Shown here: positions 11,301 through 44,900 of the stretch, piece after piece
How the letters are laid out: each line of letters opens with the position of its first letter
Position numbering within the stretch: position 1 is the first letter of the stretch
Assembly: GCA_020137815.1 (NCBI GenBank)
Contig: CM035356.1
Span: 6,324,001-6,388,000, forward strand
Length of the DNA: 64,000 nucleotides
Direction of reading: 5' to 3'
Source: Hormiphora californensis
Lineage: Eukaryota > Animalia > Ctenophora
Made by a program: the position numbers and the translations under genes
The notes under the pieces: generated by a model
The model's database searches: none
What the model was told of the DNA's origin: nothing
Seen by the model: only the letters and a program-made list of their open reading frames with translations

Positions 11301-13849
11301 AGGTAAGAAAACTGTCCATGGGCATACATCTAGAGTGGTTATACTAAATATAGGTTTTCACTGGAATCATACAGGGTGTCCCATATACAGGGTGTCCCAT
11401 ATACAGGGAGTTATATGTCAATGTGTCATTGGAAACATATGTTACCTGAACTTCCCTGAGGTCGTGTAGAGGGTACACGTCATTGTTGGGAGCAGGGGCA
11501 GCGGGATCCACTACCAGAGAGACGGGAGAGTTGGGGATATAATCAGAAGATGGGGTACAGGTGGTGGTAGAGTTGGGTTCGTTACCGGGGCAACGATCAG
11601 AACCGCACATGTTCATCCCCAAACACCTGCAGATGGGAGAATTATTGATGAGGAGGGGTTGAAGGGTGATAAGAGGAATTAGTTAAACTGCGAGGGGAAT
11701 AAAGTACGATATAATGCCGGGATATAATATGAATTTGGTATCCAAGACACCTCACACTCTTCGCGCGCCGGCAAGGGAGGGGTAACTTCGTTACCAAGGA
11801 TATAATGGGAATATTAGCGAAACCACAAGACGTAATATATGAGGGCCGAGGGGGGCTGAACACCGTTTCTCTCATCTCTGTACACCTTGTTCAACAGCTT
11901 ATACAGCTTATACCACCCTGTGTGGCTCACAGCGTCATCATCACACCCTTGGGCACGTCACGCCCCTCTGTGTCGTGCATGAAATTTCGAGCTCCCCTCA
12001 CACACAGGGGCCAGGGAGGCCAAATACCACCCTCCTTACCGGTATGTGGCTGATTACTCCCCCACCTTCCTTACCGGTATGTGGCTGATTACTCCCCCGC
12101 CCTCCTTACCGGTATGTGGCTGATAATTCCCCCACCCTCCTTACCGGTATGTGGCTGATAATTCCCCCACCCTCCTTACCGGTATGTGGCTGATGACTGC
12201 CCCACACTCCTTACCGGTATGTGGCTGATAATTCCCCCACCCTCCTTACCGGTATGTGGCTGATAATTCCCCCACCCTCCTTACCGGTATGTGGCTGATA
12301 ATTCCCCCACCCTCCTTACCGGTATGTGGCTGATAACTCCCCCACCCTCCTTACCGGTATGTGGCTGATAATTCCCCCACCCTCCTTACCGGTATGTGGC
12401 TGATAATTCCCCCACCCTCCTTACCGGTATGTGGCTGATAATTCCCCCACCCTCCTTACTTGTTGACTCCCTCCACCCTCCTTACCGGTATGTGGCTGAT
12501 GACTCCCCTGCCCTCCTTACCGATATGTGGCTGTATCAGTAACACTGGTATTAAGGATAACAAGATGCTGTAGAGGAGAGAGGTATGTCCTGTTGGTTAT
12601 ATCAACTGACCTCCAAATATCATCCTCTAATACCTCCCACTTGATCTCAGGACTCGGTTTACCTGAATGAAGGGGGCAAAGTGGTTTTTAGGGTAAAATT
12701 GTCCATGTTATTAGGGCACAATTTTCTAGACGAGCTGCATTGAAATTCATTTTTTAAATTCCAGTCTGGTTTCCTAAATCGTACGTCAACGTGCCCTAAC
12801 CATATCATTAACACCAAAATGGTTAAATCCAGTCTCAGTATTTAGTAAAGATAGTTCCCTCTTGGTTTCTAGACTAGTTAGTAGCTCCCTTCCACTGAGA
12901 GAGACTAAAAGCCGAGAGTCTCAGATAATGGAAGGAGCGGGTACAAGTTGCTAGATCCCGAACCCTCTTGTTTTGTTCTAACCCTCCCTTACAGGACGTG
13001 GGAAACAGGGTCGAGCAAGGTAAGAACCCTCACAAAATGCAGTGTGTGCTACAAAATTTATACAGCTAACAGTTACCTGTTATTCCACAAGGCAGAACAG
13101 CAGTGTGACTAGGAGGGAGGGTAGTGGGAGGTATCTTGTACAACTCCAACCCATCCCTACACAGCCAAGATGGCACAGCGTGGATTACATCTACACCACT
13201 CACATAGATACCCCCATCTTCCGTCTCTACAGGGGAGAAATGACGTCATATTTGTATGATTTGTTTGACTAGCTCGACCCCCTTTTCGGGATGAGTGTTA
13301 GAACATAATCCTCCTCGCGAAAAAGGGGGTCGAACTAGGAAAACAAATCATAAAATTATTTAGTAAATTAGAACATAATGATTTGTTGAGTAACTGCGGG
13401 GAAGCAGAGTCACCCCACGAAGGGGACCACCCAACTACCATATTGAGTAACTTACTCAACAATGTATGATAAAATAAAAGAATTCGCAATTTGAAAATGA
13501 CGCTGTTTAAATATTTAAATGGTTCTCTGTGGAAAAAAAGGAGTTAAATACCATTAAATATGAGAGTTTTATTGATGGCTTCCACAACACTCTGTCCATC
13601 CTTGAGGTACCAATTAGATTTCACCTCCAACTGGTCCCCTGGAGCAAAGTAGAAAGGGTACACAGCATACTGGTCCCTGATTGGCTGATAACCAGTCACG
13701 TGACCTAAATAACGAGTTCTGATTGGTTGTTTACTTGGCTCTAACTGGTCCCCTGGAGCAAAGTAGAAAGGGTACACAGCAGCTGCACAAGACAGGAAGA
13801 GGAGAAGAAGTGTTGTTATAACCCTGGTCAACTGTACACAACATGACAT
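4430..13849 (-). CDS. Ig-superfamily/FN3 type I membrane protein (L1/contactin/Robo-like architecture); 17 exons: 13849-13552, 13226-13077, 12662-12521, 11626-11446, 10880-10745, 10485-10318, 9990-9855, 9699-9618, 9435-9339, 9207-8936, 8709-8627, 8197-8072, 7610-7475, 7186-7122, 6971-6928, 6240-6058, 4614-4430
   Basis: All introns are GT-AG with continuous phase. Signal peptide ITTLLLLFLSCAAA. Ig motifs: LPCGITGKPSPEIKW...LVILNTSVTDTATYRC and DIGRYFCVAKDELGS. FN3 motifs: TSVTITW...ATIFGLFPGCCYQGKV, VEWDSLDRDHWGGHNLTY and HLKESRWYTLEVWGTN. TM VFLTSGTVLFLIILSLIV followed by KVVKSRRK and a ~50-aa tail. Confidence 0.85.
4670..5973 (-). mobile_element. ORF1-only non-LTR retroposon with (TTA)n tail and 12-bp TSD, in the last intron of the Ig/FN3 gene
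   Basis: Direct repeat GGGATAATATAA at 4658-4669 and 5974-5985. The minus-strand 3' end reads ...GTATACAAATGCTGATATTATTATTATT. It carries a single intact ORF. Confidence 0.7.
4903..5871 (-). CDS. LINE ORF1p-like protein (coiled coil plus RRM-like plus C-terminal domain; CR1/L2-type)
   Basis: 322 aa, intronless. A heptad coiled coil is followed by the ORF1p-like motifs SNLIVHGL, IERLG...RPVKL and IYISPDRSPEEREERRKL. Confidence 0.75.
   Translation of the reverse strand: MSGSTASACSFKDRLRVYSDERVQRSVYGEVQGELFDLVRDLFSHAGIKDSFPKSLTAGRSVWDSLKCPTKSKIKGIKKPELEDFTEKVCRFLMERCYPLLDRLSNEVEDSERRLLDGQEELIASQRALVEAQGQLVKLQCELLDKRDKEITAVQSTAEEEIRTFSSVLKKRCDTALAPKRISTAISSATEDRMSNLIVHGLDDCKSENNTDLELDVRRLFDKMGECTTNVWGIERLGRYKEGTNRPVKLRLSGRNFRDRILSSKSSLKNSQDYKDIYISPDRSPEEREERRKLVAELRARKEREPGKTFGMRGGKVVEVVI
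6263..6731. mobile_element. TTAA-flanked foldback MITE (Kolobok/piggyBac-like, AGTGAGAG termini)
   Basis: TTAA-AGTGAGAGTGGACC...GGTCCACTCTCACT-TTAA, with imperfect TIRs of about 135 bp. Confidence 0.75.
11172..11256 (-). mobile_element. Truncated hAT-like MITE flanked by a 31-bp direct duplication
   Basis: MITE core lies between identical GAAACGAGGGCCACTCTAACGATTTGGGAAA copies (11141-11171, 11257-11287). Confidence 0.85.
12028..12533 (-). repeat. 35-bp minisatellite, about 15 copies, of exon end plus donor
   Basis: Minus-strand unit CAGCCACATACCG|GTAAGGAGGGTGGGGGAATTAT. Confidence 0.95.
13668..13738 (-). mobile_element. TIR-less hAT-like MITE core inside coding exon 1 of the Ig/FN3 gene, flanked by a 43-bp duplication
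   Basis: Duplicated segments at 13625-13667 and 13739-13781 (one mismatch); period 114 nt, in frame. Confidence 0.85.
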
Positions 13850-15149
13850 GAATTAACCTGAAAATGGGCATATGATAGAATAAAAGAATTTGCAACATGA
13901 GATGATGATGAATCAACCTGAAAGGGCATGCTATCTCACAACTATAGAACAAGACCCTGAATACTGCAACACAAGCTGTATCTGAGCCCACTGCCTGTCG
14001 AATCGGGGTCTTGCGCCGCCAGACAGGGCACAAGTATAACAACATGGGCTGTATGGCGGCGCCATACCCCATTTGACAGTGTGCCCAGATGGGATCGCGG
14101 CGCCAGACACAACATGGAAGGGGTGTCAGGTAACAAGTGTAGGTTTTGTAGGGTCACAGACTATTGAAAATATATATTACTTTCACATTAAATATATGAC
14201 AATTGACAATATAAAAGCCCCTAACCATGCAATGAGACAGTAGAAAGTTAACGACAACCAGTTATACAGTATACATTACGCATTTGATTCAAATATTTGA
14301 ATAATAGTTATAAACTCTAAAGAGTCTACTGCACGCAACATTAAAGTTAGATGAAAATGAAAACATCATGCGTGAGTATTAATGCAGTGTTCTTGTACTA
14401 GATAAGGGCTTGACAAAAAAGAGAGGGGGTGACTCACTGGCTCGAGCTCAGTCACCCGGTGACTTGACAAAAAAGAGAGAGGGGGTGACTGAGATCGAGA
14501 CAGTGGGCCCCAGATAGTGAACTGTGTGCGTGTGTGAGAGAGATTACATCAGGAGAGACCATGTAAAATAGAGTTAAGTTGTTATTTGTGTAAAAAACAT
14601 TAGGGGATTGGAAATGGATATAAAAATAGAAACATTAGCTCAATATGCTCGCTCGCTCCTGACACGCCTGAGAGAAGGAAAATGTAACTCGAGTTCGAGA
14701 GAGAAAAAGAAGAAAAATCAGTCAAAACAGAGTGACGATCGGCCGGCGCGGTAGAAATATCTTGCCTTGTACGGAGAGACGTGAAAATGGTTTAAAGTCT
14801 AACCCTGCTATATGCCTTTTGGCAAAGGAGTAAGGCCTTCGGGTGAATTCCTTCGGCATTCTCCCGGGCAGGGGAAATGAGTTTCAAAATTACTTGACTC
14901 GTAATCTATAAGTTGATGTGTTGAATTTAAAAGGAAATCGAGAATTGATAACTTATTCATTTGACATATTGATTGGACATGTCGTATCCTGTCGCATCCT
15001 GTCTGAGCATTGGCCTGACCGCAAATAATAATGAATACAATTATATTGGCTGAAAAAAGTAGACTAGTATGCTAGAGGGAACTTAAGAAGTTAGGAAACA
15101 AGAGAAACGTGTGTATAAAAATGACGAGAGAGAGAGGGAGAGAAAGAGG

Positions 15150-15307
<158 letters not shown>

Positions 15308-16305
15308 GCAGTCTCCGATAAGCATGGGCTCTCCTTGGCCACGGGTATAACGAATTAAGATAAAGGTACACCCCTTTTTCAGGGAGGCAGATGTTATTAT
15401 GTCATACCCACATACAAGCTTGAAGTTCTAATTCTAGACAAGACAAAATTCCGAGAAACCCACGCCCAAACCGCATCCTGGCATGGACTATCTAATCTAT
15501 GCCCGTCAATCCTCTCTGTCTTTCTGTCTTTCTGTCTTTCTGTCTTTCTGTCTCTGTCTCTGTCTCTGACCTCTGTCTCTGTCTCTGTCTCTCTGTCTCT
15601 CTCCCTTCCACCCTATTTCATACAACAAGGACAGCTGTGTTTAACGGCTGAAACTACCAGTAAATAGGTACCAGGTGTGGGGGGGGGGGCAATGACCTCA
15701 TGGTGTTCAGGTGTTGGATTACATCACACCCTTAATTTAACACTAAAACGGTGGTCATGGGTCCATATCAAAAGCTGAGTGCAGCGGACCCCATCTGAGC
15801 GCACTGTAGGGGTCTGGCGCCGCCAGATAGATCACAAGACACAGTATGATCCACGTCAGTTAATAGCTATAATATACCATGTTTACTTCTTGTCGAGAAA
15901 TAAAACAAGAAGTAAACCGTTGTTATGTCTACATGTCCAGCTTTAAAAGGAGAGCTATATTATTACCCTCTCTGCCTCTAGGACACCCCAGGGGGTCTCT
16001 TTCTCTAGGTCTCTCTCTCCGGTTTATATCCAGAATGAGAATTGAATTAAATCCGGAAACGTCACCAGACTAGATCAGCTAGTTTACCAAACTCACAGGT
16101 ACAGTTGAAAGTATAACATGTTCTGTTTCACTAGTATCAAGTACTCAAAGGTCGACAATGCTGAGGTGCAAAGTACACTGCTGACTTGTTGTCCTGGAGA
16201 GAGGAGGGTGTTAGGTTTCCGTCTGATCTAGTGTGATACTGATATAGTGAATTAAAGAGAGATGTTGGTAAAAAGTGTGATACGATATAATGAAGGGAGA
16301 GAGAG

Positions 16306-18059
16306 ATCACTGCGCTGGCAAGCGCAAAGGTGACCCCATCCATCCCCCGAAAAAAATTTCCCCCAAAAACGGCCCGCTTGCTCACAGCGTATATATAGTT
16401 ATTTCATACTTTTAGCCCATTTTGGCACTTTTTGACATGCCATAACTCCCGAACCGGAAGAGATAGGAAGCTGAAATTTTGTACTTAGAAGCTTCTTGTA
16501 GACCTCTATCGATGGTAAAAATTTCAAGTGGCTAGCTCTTTTTGTTCAAAAGTTATAACACCACCCCCAAAACAGAAAATTCAGTGTGGGGATAACTAGG
16601 TTGATACATATATATATATATAGATGTATAGACGCTTTATTACCTTCCGTTTGGTCCCAGTTTGAGACGAACCAGACATCGTACGACCTTAAACCAAGCG
16701 GCATTCGACAGATAATTGTCTCGTGCATGTACCCATCTGAGTGGCGACTCTCCATCTTACCTATGACGCGCGCAATGACGTCACGAGTGACGTCATTGCG
16801 CGAGACCGACTTACTTTTTTCAAACGCCTCTAGCACCCTGAAGACGTGTTCCGATATCTGATTTGACGAAAAATCGTTACCGGCAAATTGTCTGAACTTT
16901 CAGATACTATATAGCGAATTTTCGTAGCTTATCATCTTGAGCCCTTAAATCGCGTCGGAAGTCATAAATTTGACGAAAAATTCAGCAAATTGAACGTTTT
17001 TCAAGCAAAAACTCCCTTTCTTGACCACTGTGGTCAATGAAACTTTACAAGCTCCTTTTGGGTATTGATTAAAAATATATCGTGATGCAATTACGTCGTT
17101 ACGACGTCACTAATTACGTCAAATGACGTCATTATGACGTCTAAAATACGATTTTCACAGAAATTCGTCTTGTTTCTCATATAACGCATCATTTCGACAA
17201 TATTAAATCATGAAATAATGTCATGCTGCGATTAGAAACCAAAAAGGGACCTAAATTAAGCCAAAAACTAATTGAAATTAGTTGGCGGGAAAGGTGACCC
17301 ACTTACACCTTTGCCTGCTGCCGGGATCAGGGATATAAGAGGTGAATATATGAGGCATAAACTCTGGCCACTGGCACGTTATTTCAGATACCTTTCTCCC
17401 AGCGCGCCGCTGGGAGAAGGTAGCTGTAGTTTATCCGCCAGTGGCGGATAAACTGGTTTAAATCACGACGACGATCCCGAGGCGGAGCCGAGGGAGAGGC
17501 GGAGGGGTTTAAACCAATAACGTGCCATTGGTCAGAGTTTATGGGTTATATACCCTGCTTTAGTTGTTTGCTTCAAGTATTACACACTAACAAGAGAGAA
17601 AACACTAATCAAAACACACAAAGAGAACTGAGAAACAGTCAAAAACATCTCTCAATTGAGTGTATATTATTTGGTAACAGTTACTAAGGAGAGAGAGAAA
17701 GAAATAACAAGATATGGGGCATGCCAGACATAACACAGAGGAATTGAGATAGTGAAACAAAAGGGGAGATAAAGAGAGAGAAATTGACGGAATGTGTTGT
17801 TTCTTTCTCTCCAATGCAGTGTGTAACTCTTGCAAACAGTGTTCCCTCTGTATTTCAGTAAGAACTGATCATTTACACACACTTTGAATGTAACATAGGA
17901 GTTAATAATAAACAGCCAGCCAGTGGGAAATAATCTGCCGCTGGACTGGCTGTATATTGAGAGCGCGCCAGTGGGACTTCTCGCCACTGGCGCATTATTT
18001 AAGTTAGCAGGGTATATAATGGAATAAGACGTAGTGAAAGAGAGTGAGAGAGAGTGAGA

Positions 18060-18153
<94 letters not shown>

Positions 18154-18320
18154 CAGGGAGGAGAGAGAGGGATAGAACGAACAGGAATAAGTTACCCTCG
18201 AAAAATGAGAGATTGAGATACCGAGGGATAGAATGAAAGTTCGTGGTGATACCTGGCAGTAGCAAAAGGTGTAAGTGGGTCACCTTTCCCGCCAACTAAT
18301 TTCAATTAGTTTTTGGCTTA
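16306..18320 (+). mobile_element. DINE-1/Helentron-like non-autonomous element (copy 1) with a palindrome-rich insert at ~17335-18020
   Basis: About 1 kb is homologous to 61224-62225. Shared features are the start ATCACTGCGCTGGCAAGCGCAAAGGT, an internal TA/TAGATA microsatellite and a GAAGCTGAAATTT core. A terminal inverted repeat pairs 17258-17320 with 18256-18320. The family assignment is an inference. Confidence 0.55.
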
Positions 18321-18332
18321 TAGGAGGATAAC

Positions 18333-18573
18333 TGTTTGTTGGTTCTATGTCTTCCTGTGTTGTCCCCTTTTCCAGCTCCTGGACCTCTTGGTAGCTTCAG
18401 ACTACTCTTCTGCCGCAGCCTAGCATCTCTTCCATCCTTACCCCATCTACCTGACTCACAGGGCTGCACATCTCATATCTCATTTTCCCCCTCTCGTATC
18501 TTAGCTTTACTTGTCCTCATTTCTTTCCTTTCTATTCCTTCTCCCTTTTTTTTCATCTCGCAGGTTCCCCCCA

Positions 18574-18615
<42 letters not shown>

Positions 18616-18772
18616 CCCGCGAGATCCCTGCTCTTTTATCTTTTCAGACCTCTCCCCTATTTTCTCTAATTGGGTGTGATCCTCTTTTTCCCACCATGTT
18701 CCTCTCCCTCACCCTCTCTCCCAGTTCTCTCTCTCCCTTACTCTGTCTCTCCCTCGCCCCCTTTCCCTCTCT

Positions 18773-18849
<77 letters not shown>

Positions 18850-20013
18850 TTCTCTCTTTCTCTCTTTCTCTCCATCACTCACTCCGACTCTCTGCTTATC
18901 TTTTTTCACCAACCACCTCACTTCATCTGACGGATTGGTATCACACGGGGTAGTTGGAGGTATAACTGCCTAGTGGCTAGACGCCTATTTCCTTTTCATT
19001 ATCCTCGGGATCGGTAACACGATTACCGATCATTTCACGTCCATTGGGTTATCTCACCCCTCCATCATCTCAGCCACGCATAGAGGTGATGTAATCACCT
19101 AGTTATCTGGTGGTTGGGATTCCTCAGCCATTTTACAGTTCAAGACAATCAACATTCTCTCGCTATATTCATTCTGTCATAATATATCGACAGTGATTAT
19201 AGGAGCAAGCCGGGGCAAGCACCATCGTCTCATTCATCCTTTCCAGCCATTACATCTCAACAGCCATTTTTTCCACCGGCAGGGTTTCACGAGTATATTG
19301 GGTTATGGCCTATCGATTGGTTCGATATGATATAAACCTTCACCGACTAGATCACGTCATCTCGTTTTTCTCACCCCCTCTAGTTCACTATCTCAGTCAC
19401 CCATAGACAGGGACAGAGGTGTTGGTTTCACCTAGTCTTGGACTAGCTCTACTGACAGTACAAGACAATCTACAAACCGAGAACGAGTGCTTGAGGAGGA
19501 GTGAGAACTGACCCCGTCGACGACAGACACTATGACCGATTTTCAGTCCTCCGGGGCGTGCTCTTATTACCCTTTCGTATTGCATGTTTGTTAGACAGTA
19601 CTTTTTTTGCATGTTAATGTTAGGTCTTGACTGTGCGAAGGACAGATCAGGAAAGGGTTTAATTATTTGATTTAATCGCTACACGTGCTTCCTACACACG
19701 TATCCGTGTCGGTCAACTCAGACTGTCTGGTCTGATGTGATCGTGATCACTGGTCGGCATCCCGTCCTACTCCCCAGGATGTAGGGATCTAGAACCAGCC
19801 AAAATCCCTTCCATAGTTCTGCCCCTCTTCCCAATCTCACACTGAAATCTTACACTTTTCAAAATCCCTTTATATCTGAAGTGTTGACAATATGGTGGTA
19901 CTGAGCACCTGCGTCTCCTTCGGGTCTTTCATATAGATATTATAATAACACGGTGCCGACAGTAGCTGGCTGCTTAGTGGCAAGACCGTAGTCCTACCAA
20001 ACCAAACCAAACC
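18333..20013 (+). mobile_element. Decayed non-LTR retroelement (I/Nimb-like 3' end)
   Basis: 11-bp TSD AGGAGGATAAC (18322-18332, 20014-20024) and an (ACCAA)n tail at 19996-20013; no intact ORF. Confidence 0.6.
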
Positions 20014-20348
20014 AGGAGGATAACGTGATTGTTATGTGGTGGCTGGGGAATGAAAACGTTCCCTGAGTAGAACCAGCAACCCCGACATTTACAGACGTAT
20101 GTCATTCGGGGCTCGAATGACATTTCAGGAAATACTAGTACTACTACTAGTAGTAGTAGTATTTAGTATGCATTTAATTAAACTCTCGTATAATAAGTTT
20201 TCAAATGGAAAAAGAAAAACGGTATAAAAGTACCGACGTCACATATATATGCATCATGCATGCCCCATAAAATATTAGTTCGTGTCAATAAATATTTGTC
20301 TAATCTGCTCCTCTCTCAACTTTAAAATTGTCCCAAAACTCCCATTCT

Positions 20349-41619
<21,271 letters not shown>

Positions 41620-41941
41620 CGTGATAATGAGGTAGCACGAGCTAATTGGGAGATAATGGGGAGCTAATTGGATTATAATTAGATTGTAATTGGGAGCTAA
41701 TTGGATTTTGTGAACTCCAATACACGAAAAGAACACACGCACGGTCTATAAAAAATAATGATTTGAAAGACATTTAAAAATAATCAGCAATCACTCTTGA
41801 TAACCCCTCTCTCTCTCCTGACAGAGGAAGTACAATTAAAAACGCACACATGTGATAAATAAAGGTTTAGCTGGGCTGTCTGATCTAGCCACACAATATA
41901 ATACTCTTCAACTCAGATATATATCTTGTTCAAGTTGTGAT

Positions 41942-44900
41942 TCAACCTATATCAACTGGATCTGAGGCTGTCCCACATCCTGCCCCTCCCCCAACTGTGT
42001 TTTGTGGTTCAGTTATTGGCAGGGACTTATTAAATCTCCGGTGCGCCGGGTCAAAATTCCAGTAGGCCTGTACTTTGTATGCTTGCCTGTGAGAGAGAAG
42101 GAAATGATGGATTAGGAATGCAGAGGGAGAAAATGGGTTTAGGATTGTCAAGAAGTAATGATGGAGAGACGAATATACGGGGGAAATTGGGTTTTCTTCC
42201 GATTGGGTGAGAAAGAGGAAATGTAACAGGCGGAGGGGGTTGGAAAAGGGGGAGAAAGGGGGTGAGAAAGGGGACTTTGTAGTTTGTAACAGTTCAGGGG
42301 GAGGGCCGAGGGTGTTGGACTTACTCTGATTTATCCGTATCGTCAGTAACTGGATTATCTAACTTGAAATGACTGAATACAGGCTCTGTTATCTTAGTTG
42401 GAAGTGGGTTGATGTGGTTTATTGCCCCGCTAAAAACAGGCTCCGTTATCCCACTAGGAAGTGGGCTGGCGTGATTGGTTCGCACCGCTAAAAACGGGCT
42501 CCGTTATTCCACTAGGAACTGGGTTGATGTGATTGGTTAACCCGGTAAAAACAGGCTCCGTTATCTCACTAGGAAGTGGGTTGGGATTGTACACTGAATT
42601 TTCTGCACTGAAAACTGGCTGAGTAATCTCTAAACTCAGCAGTTCATCATTAGGACCATCAACCAGTGCAGCAGCCCTCTGAGCGGATAGTATCTTCTCC
42701 GTACATTCGAGAGTGCTGACAAGGGCCGTTGTTGCATTATCATTCACCCCATTTTCCTTCTCCGTCGGTGAAGAGAACTGTTGCTCTGTCGTCATCGCAA
42801 ACGCTGCCTCCGCCTGCTTGCTCTTGTCGTATGACTTTTTCAGCGATTCAATGGCTTTGGAAATCAGTTCTTTCCTCATCTTGTCTCTCTCCACCTCCTC
42901 AGGGGTCGGCTGCACAATGACCAGGTCTCCCTCCTCTCCTTCCTCAGTCTTGATAACATCACCAGCCACATTCTGTCCCCCTACCGTCACCATATCACCC
43001 CCCACATTCTGTCCCCCTACTGTCACCTCAACATCACCAACAACAGTTTTGCCATTTGTCACGTGATCCTTTATCGCTTTGTTCTGATCCCGTATTGCCC
43101 TCTCCTTCGTCCTCTCCGCCAGGGCCTTCTCCAGTTCCATGTACTGCTTCCAGCCCTTCTTCCTCAACTGGTGGACCTTGTGACTCCGTTTAAAGTGGGA
43201 CAGTAGCAGCACTTGGGTGGGGAAGTACTGCTCACAGTGGTGGCACTGTACAGGGATGTGGTTGTAGATAAAGTGATACCACATCTCACTCTCACTATCA
43301 TCATTGTAACAGATGGCAACCCAACATAGTTTGCAACTAACAGACACCCCGTCAGTCCGATCAAAGACAGTCAACTGCTCCATCATCAACTTAACAATGG
43401 GGATGTCTTTAGCTGCTCGTGGGTGATAACTGACTAATTTCGTGATACTCGCCACCAGTTGATCGTCTGTATGTGTCTCCAGGTGGTCCGTCCTCCAGAA
43501 CGTCAAGTTACAAACAGGACATGTTGTGGCAAGAATGGAGCGGGTTGGTCGTTCCGGCTGTGCTAACATGTCACCCTCCTCTGTTACCCCTTCAAGTGCG
43601 TTGCTGACCTCACCCGGGGCGGTGTTGGGTGTTGGACCTCTCCTGTAGTTCATTGCCAAACAATGACAACTAACAAAATGTCCGTAGTACTCCGCTAATT
43701 CTTTGCACGTGTAACTGCACAATTTACACGTGATGGTACCGCCTGTTAACCTATTATAAAAACACGATACCAGGATCTTGGTGAGAGAACCAAATGAGTC
43801 AAAATTCATCCAATCAAGAACAGGATTAGAGCTAACTAACCGCTTCACAACCACCAGAATTTTATCCTGTCCGTGACTCATCAAATGTTCCCTGGAATAC
43901 CCCTTAGTACTGCAAATAGGACAGTGTCCCGTCACCTTTATCGTGTCATCATCCACTACAATCGCCCGGCGGATCCTAACTATCGGCCGAAGTCCCACCC
44001 CCGCCAGAAGATGAGCGTTTAACACATGTTTCTCTAGTCCCTCTCGGTTAGGGTGAGTTTTGGTACACATGGCACACTGATACCCTCCCATGCCCGTGTG
44101 AACCTCTAACACGTGTACCCTCGAGTTGTTTATCATCACCAAACTCCTCATCGCAGAACGGACACCCAGGGGATTTGACCCTTGTTGCTATCTCAAACAT
44201 CCCATCAGAAACCAATGTGAAGTAATCATACAGGGCGTCCAAAATATCTAGATAGTGGTGTATCACTAAGTGTTTATGAAGGTTTACTAACGACTTGTAG
44301 GAGATACCACAAAACCTGCAAAAGTGGGGCGAGTGGGTGTGGTGGTAGCGTCGAATGTGACCTCCAAGTTCACTAAAAGTGTACTCTGGTATCCCGCAAT
44401 ACAAACACGTCCACCACTTCCTTTTTTCCACGAAACTACACCCAATTATCAGGCCATGAAACTCAATGAGATGCTCCCGGAGAACGAACGCACCTGAGAA
44501 CACCTCTTCACAGAGCTCACAGGTGAAGGTTCCCTCCGTGGATTGAGCACAGAGAGGCAGGGACATGAGGTGCTTTGTTATTGCACCGTTCGATTTGAAT
44601 CTCGCGTGACAAAGGGGACAATCGAATTTAGTGATACCCTTCAGTCCCCGGTGGACCTCCTTAACGTGCTCATCAAGATCACCTGTCGGCACTGACTTGT
44701 AGCACCAAAGACAGTTCTTGTTTGTGGGTTGCCGGATACATTCTGAGGATATTAACTTTGTTGACTGAGTTGTTGATGAAGAGACCGCCGTAGGAGGGGG
44801 CTTCGGAGGGCAAACAATAGCTGTTATTTCTGGAGGGCTATTGGAGGTTTTCTGTGACTTTGGTTTTGGATCACATGTGCCCTCATCAGAGCTGATTGCA

